From the NCBI GenBank assembly GCA_031426355.1, contig JANPLD010000118.1:3477-67476 (forward strand): a stretch of DNA of 64,000 nucleotides, read 5' to 3'. Made by a program: the position numbers and the translations under genes. Shown piece after piece: positions 46,658 through 55,486 of this stretch. This DNA comes from Alphaproteobacteria bacterium. Its GTDB lineage: Bacteria > Pseudomonadota > Alphaproteobacteria > Rickettsiales > UBA8987. The notes below the pieces were generated by a model that worked only from the letters and a program-made list of their open reading frames with translations, was not told where the DNA came from and ran no database searches. Each line of letters opens with the position of its first letter. Position 1 is the stretch's first letter.

Positions 46658-47704
46658 ATGAAATACAAAGAAGCAGGTGTTGATATTGATGCCGGTAATG
46701 AACTGGTAAAACGCATTACCCCTTTTGCAAAAGCTACCACACGCATCGGCGCAGATTGCGACCTCGGCGGCTTCGGCGCGCTATTTGACCTTAAAAAACT
46801 TGCTTATAAAGATCCTATTCTAGTTTCATCAACTGATGGCGTTGGCACTAAACTTAAAATAGCTAAAGAAGTTAGCAAACATGATACTATAGGCATTGAC
46901 CTTGTCGCCATGTGCGTTAATGATCTGGTGGTACAAGGCGCTGAGCCATTATTCTTCCTCGATTATTTCGCCTGCGGCAAACTTGAAGTTGGCATCGCCA
47001 CTGACGTTATCAAAGGCATAGCTGAAGGCTGCAAACAGGCAGGATGCGCCCTTATAGGTGGTGAAACCGCTGAAATGCCTGGCATGTACAAAGTTGGCGA
47101 TTATGACCTTGCCGGTTTTACGGTCGGCGCGGTTGAGCGTGAAAATATACTCCCTCTCAAAGAACTTAAAAATGGTGACGCAGTGATCGCAATTGCCTCA
47201 AGCGGCGTCCATTCAAACGGCTACTCCCTCGTTCGCAAGATACTCACTGATAATGATATAAGATTCTCTGACCTCGTAAAAGGTTATGATTTTACCAAAA
47301 CTATTGGTGAAGAACTCTTAACCCCTACCAAAATATACGTTAAACAGTTGCTCGGCATCTTCTCAAACAGCCCGACCCTTGCATCATCAAAACATCCTAT
47401 AAAAGCGGTTGCCCACATTACCGGAGGCGGCATTACAGAAAACCTCCCGCGCGTTCTACCAAAAGGTAAAACCGCGCAGATAAACCTGAATTCATGGCAG
47501 TTCCCGCCGCTCTTTAAATTCCTTCAGGATAAAGGCAAGGTCTCAACTGATGAAATGCTCCGCACCTTTAACTGCGGCTGCGGTATGATCCTAGTTGTTG
47601 AACGTGAACCTGCCAACGCCCTTATCTCAACCCTTCAGAAATTAGGTGAGCAAGCCTTCATGATCGGTGAAATAATTGATGGCACCGAGATAAAATATAT
47701 TTAG
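46658..47704 (+). CDS. purM: phosphoribosylformylglycinamidine cyclo-ligase (AIR synthetase)
   Basis: 348 aa; [33 protein letters not shown]. Confidence 0.95.
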   Translation: MKYKEAGVDIDAGNELVKRITPFAKATTRIGADCDLGGFGALFDLKKLAYKDPILVSSTDGVGTKLKIAKEVSKHDTIGIDLVAMCVNDLVVQGAEPLFFLDYFACGKLEVGIATDVIKGIAEGCKQAGCALIGGETAEMPGMYKVGDYDLAGFTVGAVERENILPLKELKNGDAVIAIASSGVHSNGYSLVRKILTDNDIRFSDLVKGYDFTKTIGEELLTPTKIYVKQLLGIFSNSPTLASSKHPIKAVAHITGGGITENLPRVLPKGKTAQINLNSWQFPPLFKFLQDKGKVSTDEMLRTFNCGCGMILVVEREPANALISTLQKLGEQAFMIGEIIDGTEIKYI

Positions 47705-47758
47705 TTCTGTAATTAAAATAAATTATTAGCTATAATTATCTGAAACAAATAGATTTTT

Positions 47759-48148
47759 ATGGCTAGAAAGAACATTCCTGAAATTATTACTAGATTCAAT
47801 TTTGGTGAAAACAATCCTGCATTGGTAAAATTTGTTGAGGATCACGCGACCAGATGCTCCTTTGAAAATGGCACCTATAAAATTGCGTTGGAATTTGAAA
47901 GGGTTAAAGAATGTTTACCTCAGGAATTAAGGTTAAATAAAATAAGAAATGAGAGGATAAAAAATTCCGGAATAGATAAAGCTGAACTTTCCGGTGATAT
48001 TGTTATTGCCCTCATGCATACAGGATTAGATTTTGAAGCATTGCGCCTCAAAAAAACACCTCACTCAGAGTTGGATCATATTGATACTATCCGTACAGGC
48101 AGACAATATGAATCGGGCCGTAAACCTCATCAATCACCAAGTTTTTAA
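47759..48148 (+). CDS. hypothetical protein (orphan) between purM and purN
   Basis: 129-aa ORF, no motif, no box promoter. Confidence 0.4.
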   Translation: MARKNIPEIITRFNFGENNPALVKFVEDHATRCSFENGTYKIALEFERVKECLPQELRLNKIRNERIKNSGIDKAELSGDIVIALMHTGLDFEALRLKKTPHSELDHIDTIRTGRQYESGRKPHQSPSF

Positions 48149-48239
48149 TATGCCAGCAAATATATAAAGGTTGCCCCTGTTGAAAAAATTACTAATCTCG
48201 GTTACAGGAATATCTCATGCAAAAAGGTAAATATATATA

Positions 48240-48827
48240 ATGAAACTAAAGACAGCAGTACTTATTTCAGGCAACGGAGGTAACCTTCAGGCTCTCATTA
48301 ATGCCGCAAATGCAGATAATAATTACCCTGCCGAGATTTCCCTCGTTATATCAAATAAACTTGATGCCTACGGCCTTGTCCGCGCCGAAAAAAGCAACAT
48401 CAGAACTTCCATAATAGATCACAAAAGGTTCAAAACCCGTGATGGTTTTGACCATGAGATTCACAGCCAGCTTATCCAGAATAAGATAGATGTAGTTTGT
48501 TTAGCAGGCTTCATGCGCATCCTGACCCCTGATTTTGTAATCAAGTGGCACGGCAGAATGATCAACATCCACCCTTCCCTACTGCCATCATTCCGCGGCG
48601 GCAACGCAGTCCGTGATGCCCTTGATTATGGCGTAAAAATAACTGGTTGCACCGTCCATCAGGTCATCCCGGAAGTCGACAGCGGCAAAATATTAGTTCA
48701 ACGCTCCGTAGAGATCTCAGAAAATGACACGGTAGATTCAGTCGCCGATAAAATTCACATTCAGGAACATATCGCCTACCCTGAAGCCTTAAAAAAACTC
48801 TGCTCTCATATTTTAGCTAATCGCTAA
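48240..48827 (+). CDS. purN: phosphoribosylglycinamide formyltransferase
   Basis: 195 aa; VLISGNGGNLQALI, NIHPSLLPSFRG, GCTVH.V....D.G.I. Confidence 0.9.
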   Translation: MKLKTAVLISGNGGNLQALINAANADNNYPAEISLVISNKLDAYGLVRAEKSNIRTSIIDHKRFKTRDGFDHEIHSQLIQNKIDVVCLAGFMRILTPDFVIKWHGRMINIHPSLLPSFRGGNAVRDALDYGVKITGCTVHQVIPEVDSGKILVQRSVEISENDTVDSVADKIHIQEHIAYPEALKKLCSHILANR

Positions 48828-48912
48828 TCCTACCAACTTAGATTTTCCTCATCACTTCCGCACATTATTTTTCATACATATAATTGAACTCAGTCACTAA
48901 TGAGTAAAATTT

Positions 48913-49335
48913 ATGAATAAAGAAAGATATATCCAGCTTATTGATAAGCACCGCGTTATCCTTGAGAAATCACGCAATCTGATCGAAAATATTTTTGATA
49001 GGATACAGGAAGACATTGAAAAAATACCTTCTGAAGCACCCGTAAAAAATATCGAATATTACGAAGATGCAGCAACCATTGTCAATAAACTCTCATCCAT
49101 TTTACTTAAAATAATCAAGCAGGAGCAGGAAATTGCACTTATCGACATTGAAAAATTAAACGAGGCCAATCTTTCGAAAACCGATTTGAACGCACCTATT
49201 ACAAAGGAAGATATCGAAATGATGGAACAATATCTTGAAATATATCGCGAACAACAATCAAATTCTCCTTCTCCCCTATATCGCGCCGAAGCTCAAGCTA
49301 AGGCGGATGCGGGAGAGGGCTGGGGTGAGGGGTAA
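48913..49335 (+). CDS. hypothetical coiled-coil protein upstream of terminase (possible small-terminase-like); C-terminus encoded by a REP-like element
   Basis: 140 aa helical; last ~24 codons (SPSPLYRAEAQAKADAGEGWGEG) coincide with the GGGAGAGGG/GGGTGAGGG repeat at 49262-49335. Confidence 0.4.
   Translation: MNKERYIQLIDKHRVILEKSRNLIENIFDRIQEDIEKIPSEAPVKNIEYYEDAATIVNKLSSILLKIIKQEQEIALIDIEKLNEANLSKTDLNAPITKEDIEMMEQYLEIYREQQSNSPSPLYRAEAQAKADAGEGWGEG
49262..49335. repeat. REP-like element (second copy of the GGGAGAGGG / GGGTGAGGG family)
   Basis: ctccttctcccc...cgccgaagc...gggagagggctggggtgagggg; shares cgaagc, gggagaggg and tgggtgaggg blocks with 41828-41960. Confidence 0.65.
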
Positions 49336-49345
49336 CTTGATAATC

Positions 49346-50698
49346 ATGAACAATTTAATAAACTTGAACAGCAAAATAATCAGGAATAATTTCATATTAT
49401 TTTTGCAGAAATGTTTTGTGACTGTAAATCCGGGCACAAAATATTTATATAACTGGCACATTAAACGCATTGCGGAATACTTACACTCCTGCGAAAATTC
49501 TGAGATAAACCGCCTGATAATAAATATTCCTCCTCGCTACTTAAAATCATTTATTGTCAATGTCGCATGGCCCGCATGGCTTCTCGGGCAAGACCCAACC
49601 CGCCGTATAATTTCCGCCAGCTATTCCAACGGCCTTTCCATTAAGCACTCGCTTGATTGCCGCGCTATTATCGAATCGGAATGGTATCAGGAACTTTTCC
49701 CCGAAACCAGGTTAACTTCTGACCAGAACGAGAAAAATAAATTCATGACAACCATGCGCGGTTTCCGTCTGGCAACTTCCACAGGCGGCACTTTAACAGG
49801 CGAAGGCGGCAATTTCCTTATCCTTGACGACCCGAACAACCCCTCTCATATTATGAGTAAATCTATCCGCGATGAAGTTCTTCGCTGGTATGAACAGGTT
49901 TTTTCAACCCGCCTTGATGACAGAAACAAAGGTGTAATAGTCCTCATAATGCAGCGCCTCCATCAGGAAGACCTGACCGGACATCTTCTTGAAAAGAAAG
50001 ATGTCTGGAACTTATTAAAACTCCCGGCAATAGATAGAGACAATATCCTTCAAGCAGAACGCCAATCACTTAAAGAACTAGAACGCACCAAAGCCGAAAT
50101 GGGCTCTTTCGCATTCTCCGCCCAATATCTGCAAAACCCCTTAGCCGTTGAAAGCGGAATGGTAAAACCGGACTGGATGCGATATTATTCTGAAGCACCT
50201 ATCCAGCTTAAAACTATCACCCAAAGCTGGGATACCGCTATAAAAACCGGAAAAGATAATGACTACAGCGTTTGCACTACTTGGGGTGAATCTCATAACG
50301 CTTACTATCTGCTTGATATGGTACGCCTCAAAGCAGAATACCCGCAACTTAAAAGAACCATAATCTTCCCCTATGAAAAATGGAAGCCAGAACGCATCCT
50401 GATGGAAGATAAAGCCAGCGGCCAGAGCCTTATTCAGGAACTCCGCGCCGAAAGTAAACTCCCCGTGATCGCGGTGAAAGTTAATCAGGATAAAGTTTCA
50501 AGGTTCGCCTCGGTCACCCCGCTTTTTGAAGCCGGAAAAATATTCTTCCCAACTAAATGCAGTTTTCTTGCTGATCTTGAAGTAGAAATATTCTCCTTCC
50601 CCGAATCCCCTCATGATGACCAGATAGATTCCATCTCCCAATATTTAAACTGGGTACGCAACGAAAAACTCTTCCAGCCAAATATCAGGAGGTTTTGA
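49346..50698 (+). CDS. phage/GTA-type terminase large subunit (isolated)
   Basis: 451 aa from ATG 49346 (11 nt after upstream stop); ATPase IINIPPRYLKS and GNFLILDDPNNP (Walker B), RNaseH-like nuclease Asp motifs SWDTA, MEDKASG, PHDDQIDS. Confidence 0.8.
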   Translation: MNNLINLNSKIIRNNFILFLQKCFVTVNPGTKYLYNWHIKRIAEYLHSCENSEINRLIINIPPRYLKSFIVNVAWPAWLLGQDPTRRIISASYSNGLSIKHSLDCRAIIESEWYQELFPETRLTSDQNEKNKFMTTMRGFRLATSTGGTLTGEGGNFLILDDPNNPSHIMSKSIRDEVLRWYEQVFSTRLDDRNKGVIVLIMQRLHQEDLTGHLLEKKDVWNLLKLPAIDRDNILQAERQSLKELERTKAEMGSFAFSAQYLQNPLAVESGMVKPDWMRYYSEAPIQLKTITQSWDTAIKTGKDNDYSVCTTWGESHNAYYLLDMVRLKAEYPQLKRTIIFPYEKWKPERILMEDKASGQSLIQELRAESKLPVIAVKVNQDKVSRFASVTPLFEAGKIFFPTKCSFLADLEVEIFSFPESPHDDQIDSISQYLNWVRNEKLFQPNIRRF

Positions 50699-50703
50699 TG
50701 ATA

Positions 50704-51099
50704 TTACTTTTTCAGCAGGTCACGAATTTCCCTAAGAAGTATAACCTCTTCAGCAATAGGCGCTGCCTCTTTTGCTTCATGTGCTCTTTTAAGTTTGTTC
50801 ATGCCTTTTATCGCTATAAATATCGCGAACGCTATTATGATAAAATCAAAAATGGTCTGGAGAAAATTTCCATAATTTATTGTAACAGGCGCAATCCCAT
50901 TGGTGAATTCACCAAGGTTCAATTTAAGCTCGGTAAATTTTACACCACCAACCAGAAACCCGATTATTGGCGTTATGATATCCGCCACAAGCGAGGAAAC
51001 TATTTTACCAAACGCCGCCCCGATAACCACACCCACCGCCAAGTCCATCACATTACCTTTCATCGCGAATGATTTGAACTCATGTACAAAATTTTTCAT
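50704..51099 (-). CDS. mscL: large-conductance mechanosensitive channel
   Basis: [34 protein letters not shown] aligns with canonical MscL N-terminus; track ORF extends 11 codons upstream to 51132. Confidence 0.9.
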   Translation of the reverse strand: MKNFVHEFKSFAMKGNVMDLAVGVVIGAAFGKIVSSLVADIITPIIGFLVGGVKFTELKLNLGEFTNGIAPVTINYGNFLQTIFDFIIIAFAIFIAIKGMNKLKRAHEAKEAAPIAEEVILLREIRDLLKK

Positions 51100-51138
51100 G
51101 GCACTTCCCTTTAGTTTTTTGTGTAGATACAATAAGTA

Positions 51139-51729
51139 TTATCCTTTGAACTTCAAATTATAAACTGATTTATATGTGGATTTATCTTTTTTATATTCTT
51201 CAATTTGCAATAAGGTTTCCTTATCCATATAATCAAGAAGCGGCTGTTTCACTGAAAACAACTTCTCCATGGCCGGCTTAATTTTTTCGTCCCATTCAGG
51301 ATAAAAATTATCAAAATCTGTTTTTCGTAAATATCTGCGGCACTTATCACCGCCGCAGCCATAAAGCTTCATTTCCGTTTCCCAGTTGAATATTCCGTAT
51401 TCATCAGTAACTTCTTCACCCGCCTGAATATCACGTATTGCTATCTCAAACCCATAACCGGTAGATATAGAATTCGGGTCACACGAATGGTTAACATATT
51501 TCGCGATATCCCAGCTTATCATACGAATTCCGAACTGGTCTATGGTGCTATATTTTTCAACTATCTCCCTGAACTTCGGGGAGAGTTTATTATAGGCCGC
51601 CTCATCAAAAAAATTCTCCAGTTCATCAATCACATATGTGATTGTGCCAGCGGGAATGAACTTCCGCGCGAATATTCCCGAGCCAATCTGCTCATTTATA
51701 AATCTTATCTCAGTATCAGGATGCATCAT
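51139..51729 (-). CDS. SET-domain protein (putative protein lysine methyltransferase)
   Basis: 196 aa; GIFARKFIPAGT, YVNHSCDPNS, GEEVTDEYG, Cys cluster CGGDKCRRY. Confidence 0.8.
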   Translation of the reverse strand: MMHPDTEIRFINEQIGSGIFARKFIPAGTITYVIDELENFFDEAAYNKLSPKFREIVEKYSTIDQFGIRMISWDIAKYVNHSCDPNSISTGYGFEIAIRDIQAGEEVTDEYGIFNWETEMKLYGCGGDKCRRYLRKTDFDNFYPEWDEKIKPAMEKLFSVKQPLLDYMDKETLLQIEEYKKDKSTYKSVYNLKFKG

Positions 51730-51734
51730 ATCAC

Positions 51735-52655
51735 TTAGTTTTTAGTTTGAAGATTGAAGTTGGAAGCGCTACTATTTCTTCTAAAAGCTTCCAGCGTATT
51801 TTTAAGCAAACAGGCTATAGTCATAGGCCCAACACCGCCGGGAACTGGAGTTACTGCAGAAGCAACTGAGGACACATCTGTAAAATCAACATCACCCACC
51901 AGTTTTGAATCAACACGGTTAATTCCTACATCAATAACAACTGCGCCTTCCTTCACCCAGTTGCGCTTTACAAGTAATGGCTTGCCTACTGCTACAACTA
52001 GTATATCCGCGCCTTTGCATACATCTTCAATATTCTTAGTTCTGGAATGGCAGATGGTTACCGTACAACCTTCATTAAGTAGAAGCTGGGACATCGGCTT
52101 GCCGACTATATTACTACGACCCACAACAACGGCATTCTTGCCGGAAATATTATCACCAAGAACATCTTTTACAAGAAGCAGGCAGCCTAGCGGAGTACAC
52201 GGCACCAGCGCATCTTTACTGCCCGTTACGAGCAGGCCGCGGTTCACAACGTGGAAACCATCAACATCTTTTGCGGGGGAAATCGTTTCAATTACCTTGT
52301 CTTCAGATATATTCTTCGGAAGCGGTAACTGAACAAGTATCCCATGTACTTCAGGATTATTATTCAACTCTTCTATCTTTGATATCAGCTCATTTTCAGA
52401 TATGCCGGAAGGGTATTTATATTCAAAATTCTGCATCCCGACTTCAACGGTCTGCTTTGACTTATTACGTACATAAACTTCAGATGCTGGGTCTTCTCCA
52501 ACAAGTATCACAGCCAGACCCGGCTGCTTACCGGTTTTAGCTTTAAGTTCGGCAACTTCATCTTTTATTCTAGCACGAAGCGTTTCTGCGAATTTTTTAC
52601 CATCTATTATTCTCGTCATTTTCATCTGGCTTGGTTTGACTGGTTGATAGGGCAT
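51735..52655 (-). CDS. folD: bifunctional methylenetetrahydrofolate dehydrogenase/cyclohydrolase
   Basis: 306 aa; [44 protein letters not shown]; last ~10 codons lie in a heptad repeat array. Confidence 0.95.
   Translation of the reverse strand: MPYQPVKPSQMKMTRIIDGKKFAETLRARIKDEVAELKAKTGKQPGLAVILVGEDPASEVYVRNKSKQTVEVGMQNFEYKYPSGISENELISKIEELNNNPEVHGILVQLPLPKNISEDKVIETISPAKDVDGFHVVNRGLLVTGSKDALVPCTPLGCLLLVKDVLGDNISGKNAVVVGRSNIVGKPMSQLLLNEGCTVTICHSRTKNIEDVCKGADILVVAVGKPLLVKRNWVKEGAVVIDVGINRVDSKLVGDVDFTDVSSVASAVTPVPGGVGPMTIACLLKNTLEAFRRNSSASNFNLQTKN
51744..51767. repeat. TTGAAG heptad array inside the folD 3' end
   Basis: ag tttgaag attgaag ttggaag c; near-identical to the reverse complement of 15215-15237. 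Confidence 0.6.
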
Positions 52656-52678
52656 TTTTCATAAGATTTCAAGGCCAA

Positions 52679-53002
52679 CTACCTTATGAGTGAGCCGTCA
52701 CTGTCAAACATATCGAGCTGAGAGAATAATTTATCGGTAAGATCCATAAATTTAGAGTTTTGTAAGGCTATAACCTGCTTCAGGTAATTCTCATCCCAGT
52801 ATCGCATTACTTTATCGCGCTCCATAGCATTCTCATGCTTTGAATGCATCTCATAATATAAAAGCTTGGAAAGTTTCTTTTCTTTTTTGGAATCGTTATT
52901 CTCACGTTTATGCTCGATCACTTTACGGGCAAGGTTGCGGCAGACATTTATAGCCATCACGCTGTTGTTATCATCGGTCATTATATAAACGTAGTAAGGC
53001 AT
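52679..53002 (-). CDS. GIY-YIG nuclease-superfamily small protein (degenerate second motif)
   Basis: 107 aa; YYVYIMT start, NLARKVIEHKRE, LLYYEMH....A..RDKVMRYW pattern of the small GIY-YIG (YhbQ-like) family. Confidence 0.6.
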   Translation of the reverse strand: MPYYVYIMTDDNNSVMAINVCRNLARKVIEHKRENNDSKKEKKLSKLLYYEMHSKHENAMERDKVMRYWDENYLKQVIALQNSKFMDLTDKLFSQLDMFDSDGSLIR

Positions 53003-53129
53003 TCGTTGATTCGTTGATTCGTTGTTTCGAATATAACAAAATAAAACAAACCAACAAAATCAAATATTACTTTAAAGAGTATTTGATTCCAAAAAACAAA
53101 TCAACGAATCAACAAAACAACGAATCAAC
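53002..53129. repeat. palindrome with TTCGTTGA octamer-array arms filling the whole fpr / GIY-YIG spacer
   Basis: Left ttcgttga ttcgttga ttcgttgt ttcg; right tcaacgaa tcaacaaa acaacgaa tcaac (inverse units); inner hairpin caaatattac...agtatttg. Confidence 0.75.
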
Positions 53130-54133
53130 TATTTTGGAACACCTTTTGAAGTTGAATATTCAAAGTGAAGTGGTTTACCAAAAACTTTTTCGTATGCTGT
53201 ATGGCAGGCCATCGCCACTTCCGCGAATCCACATGAGATCAGCTTTAATTTACCTTTATAATTACAGATATCACCAACGGCATATATGCCTTCAATATTA
53301 GTTTGCATATTATGCGCTTCAACAGAGATATGATTATGATTAAGGTTCAAACCCCAATCTGCAATTGGCCCCAGTTCCATAGCCAGACCAAAGAAACATA
53401 GAAGGTTATCAGCTTCAAGCGCGCGTTTGTTTTTATCAAGATCCTCAACAATAACATTTTTAAGAATGCCACCCTGCCCTTCTAAACCAGAAAGCTGGAA
53501 TGGAATAACAAACTCAAGCTTGCCTTTTTTCTCCCACTCCTTCATCTGCGAAACTGATTCAGGAGCAGCGCGGAATTTATCGCGCCTGTGGATAACGTAA
53601 ACTTTCTCCGCAACTGACGCGAGAATATTTGCCCAGTCTACCGCAGAATCACCACCGCCAGCTATCACAACTTTTTTACCGGCATAATCATTCTTAGTGC
53701 GAACCATGTAAGCAACACCGCCTGTTACTTCATACTCACTAAGCCCGTCAATTGGTGGCTTATTAGGCCCGAAAGCTCCACATCCAGCAGCTATGATTAT
53801 AGCTTTTGCCTGAATGGTAGTATTTTTTGAAGTAGTTATTGTGAATTCAGAATCAGCCTTCTCAACTTTAACTACCTGCTGCCCTAAATGATAGACAGGA
53901 GAAAATGGTGATGCCTGTTTTTCAAGATTCTTAATTAAATCTTCCGCGACTATCTCAGGAAATGCCGGGATATCGTAAATAGGTTTCTCAGGATAAAGCG
54001 CGTTACACTGCCCGCCAACAAAATCAAGCGCATCAACCATATGGCATTTCATGCCGAGCATCCCCGCCTGAAACACAGTGAATAAACCCGCCGGGCCAGC
54101 GCCTATTATGCAAATATCTGTACGATTAATCAT
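53129..54133 (-). CDS. thioredoxin-reductase-like ferredoxin-NADP(+) reductase
   Basis: 334 aa; IIGAGPAGL, VGGQCNALYPEKPIYDIPAFP, GGGDSAVDWA, AVGDI pattern of YumC-type FNR. Confidence 0.8.
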   Translation of the reverse strand: MINRTDICIIGAGPAGLFTVFQAGMLGMKCHMVDALDFVGGQCNALYPEKPIYDIPAFPEIVAEDLIKNLEKQASPFSPVYHLGQQVVKVEKADSEFTITTSKNTTIQAKAIIIAAGCGAFGPNKPPIDGLSEYEVTGGVAYMVRTKNDYAGKKVVIAGGGDSAVDWANILASVAEKVYVIHRRDKFRAAPESVSQMKEWEKKGKLEFVIPFQLSGLEGQGGILKNVIVEDLDKNKRALEADNLLCFFGLAMELGPIADWGLNLNHNHISVEAHNMQTNIEGIYAVGDICNYKGKLKLISCGFAEVAMACHTAYEKVFGKPLHFEYSTSKGVPK

Positions 54134-54157
54134 TCCTTAACTATTCAAATGTATAAT
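54126..54157 (+). promoter_or_regulatory. CtrA-type box plus -10: TTAA-tcattcc-TTAAC-tattcaaatg-TATAAT
   Basis: Perfect TTAA-N7-TTAAC, N10, TATAAT ending 26 nt before ATG 54184; spacer overlaps the fpr start codon on the other strand. Confidence 0.6.
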
Positions 54158-54183
54158 GAAGTTTTAACCAAAATATTTAATAT

Positions 54184-54690
54184 ATGAAAGAAATTTTGCA
54201 ATTATTAGAAAATTATTATGATGGGCTAATTGATTATGTAAATACCAAAGAGAATTATACTCCTAAAGCATATATGCAATTTGAAATTGATTCCGCCAAT
54301 AAACTTGTTGAAGACCTTGGAAAACTAGATAAAAATAATTCTGTAGATCAAAAATATCTTTGCAAGATCATAAATTATTACAATCAGGTTATAATTCCAT
54401 CAAAACAAGATAATCTTGATAATTTTGACTTTTTCGTAAAGCCGGGAAACCCCCATAAGAAACGAGTTGAAACTGAATTTGAGAAACAACCCTTATTGCA
54501 AATAATAGAATCTTTTAAAAATAAAATGACAGATGAAGAGATACTAAAAGATTCCATAGATTCTACAAACACACGTTTAGATAATAACTTGGAAAAAAAC
54601 TGCCCGGAAGAGAAATTAAAAACAACTTTGAGTTACCCGGTTTATAATCCCGATATTTTGAAAAATAAAAAATCTTTTGAGATATGCTAA
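54184..54690 (+). CDS. hypothetical protein (orphan)
   Basis: 168-aa ORF behind a perfect box promoter; no motif. Confidence 0.45.
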   Translation: MKEILQLLENYYDGLIDYVNTKENYTPKAYMQFEIDSANKLVEDLGKLDKNNSVDQKYLCKIINYYNQVIIPSKQDNLDNFDFFVKPGNPHKKRVETEFEKQPLLQIIESFKNKMTDEEILKDSIDSTNTRLDNNLEKNCPEEKLKTTLSYPVYNPDILKNKKSFEIC

Positions 54691-54738
54691 TATAAGTAAC
54701 TTTCAGTAGTTAAAATTTTTCTTTAAATTTAGCGATTA

Positions 54739-54770
54739 TTAACCATTTATTAAACTTTACTTGCTATAAT
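54739..54770 (+). promoter_or_regulatory. CtrA-type box plus -10: TTAA-ccattta-TTAAA-ctttacttgc-TATAAT
   Basis: Distal half-site TTAACCAT, proximal TTAAA, N10, TATAAT 36 nt before ATG 54807 (SD gaggt). Confidence 0.55.
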
Positions 54771-54806
54771 TGCCTCATAACAAAACATAAATTAATTGAG
54801 GTTAAG

Positions 54807-55475
54807 ATGTTTATAGAGCAAGGGTTACAAAGGCAGATGCAGCAAGCTCCGGTTCCAGAACTTCATGAATTACAAAAGATAATAAATAACTTTTCAGATG
54901 ATTTATTAAATCTAAAGAAAAATTCTGAACAACAGAATTATGACCTTAACTTTTATTATGAAGAATTAACCAGATCTTATGAAAACTTTCAGCGCAATAT
55001 TGGAAATTACCAAGTTAAGCCAGGCGATTTAAAAGGAGAATACCTTAAAGAAATATCTAAAAATAGAATTTCTGATTTTAATTCCATTAAAGAAAATTTC
55101 TGGCGTCAATTTAATCCTAATGATCCAGCTAATATACCAAGTGAAGAACAAAAACAGGATTTTAGAAATTTTCCTACAGATTACAATCATCTTCGTCGTG
55201 ATTTAAAAAACAGCTTAATAAATGAACATTCTTTAGAAAGATTAAGAGAATTGAGCAAAGAGTTTGAAGGTCTATTTCCCGCAGGACAACAATCAGAATT
55301 AAAAAATTCTAAAGAAACATCAAAAGATCATGAACAGTGCTTACCTCAAAATAACAGCATAACTTTAATTGAAAGTGAGGGAGAAGTAATGAAATCATTG
55401 GGTATAGAATTAGGAAATCTTGATCTTCCTAAAAATAATGTTCAAAGAAATCTTGTTGAAAGACAAATGAGTTAG
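54807..55475 (+). CDS. hypothetical protein (orphan)
   Basis: 222-aa ORF; N-terminus GLQRQMQQAPVPE weakly resembles GTQQQMQGLEERVPKE of ORF 44467. Confidence 0.5.
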   Translation: MFIEQGLQRQMQQAPVPELHELQKIINNFSDDLLNLKKNSEQQNYDLNFYYEELTRSYENFQRNIGNYQVKPGDLKGEYLKEISKNRISDFNSIKENFWRQFNPNDPANIPSEEQKQDFRNFPTDYNHLRRDLKNSLINEHSLERLRELSKEFEGLFPAGQQSELKNSKETSKDHEQCLPQNNSITLIESEGEVMKSLGIELGNLDLPKNNVQRNLVERQMS

Positions 55476-55486
55476 TAACTAATTTC

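Noticed and set aside
49235-49345. 37-codon N-terminal extension of the terminase ORF in the six-frame track
   Set aside because: It overlaps the end of ORF 48913-49335 and is encoded by the REP-like GGGAGAGGG/GGGTGAGGG element. ATG 49346, 11 nt after the upstream stop, gives a normal terminase N-terminus.
51754-52332. 192-aa plus-strand ORF, and similar long antisense ORFs at 57187-57756, 41310-41816, 43286-43813 and 14641-15166
   Set aside because: They are antisense to folD, lpdA, ispB, the squalene synthase/hda genes and adk respectively, all of which carry clear family motifs in the opposite frame.
15179-53129. Short tandem 7-8-nt arrays considered as possible CRISPR-like or minisatellite loci
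   Set aside because: The units are far too short and have no spacers. The arrays hold only 2-5 units and occur as inverted pairs, and no cas genes are present.
53014-53301. 95-aa plus-strand ORF
   Set aside because: It starts inside the octamer-array palindrome and runs antisense into the fpr 3' end. The composition (N/K/Q runs) reflects the repeat, not a gene.
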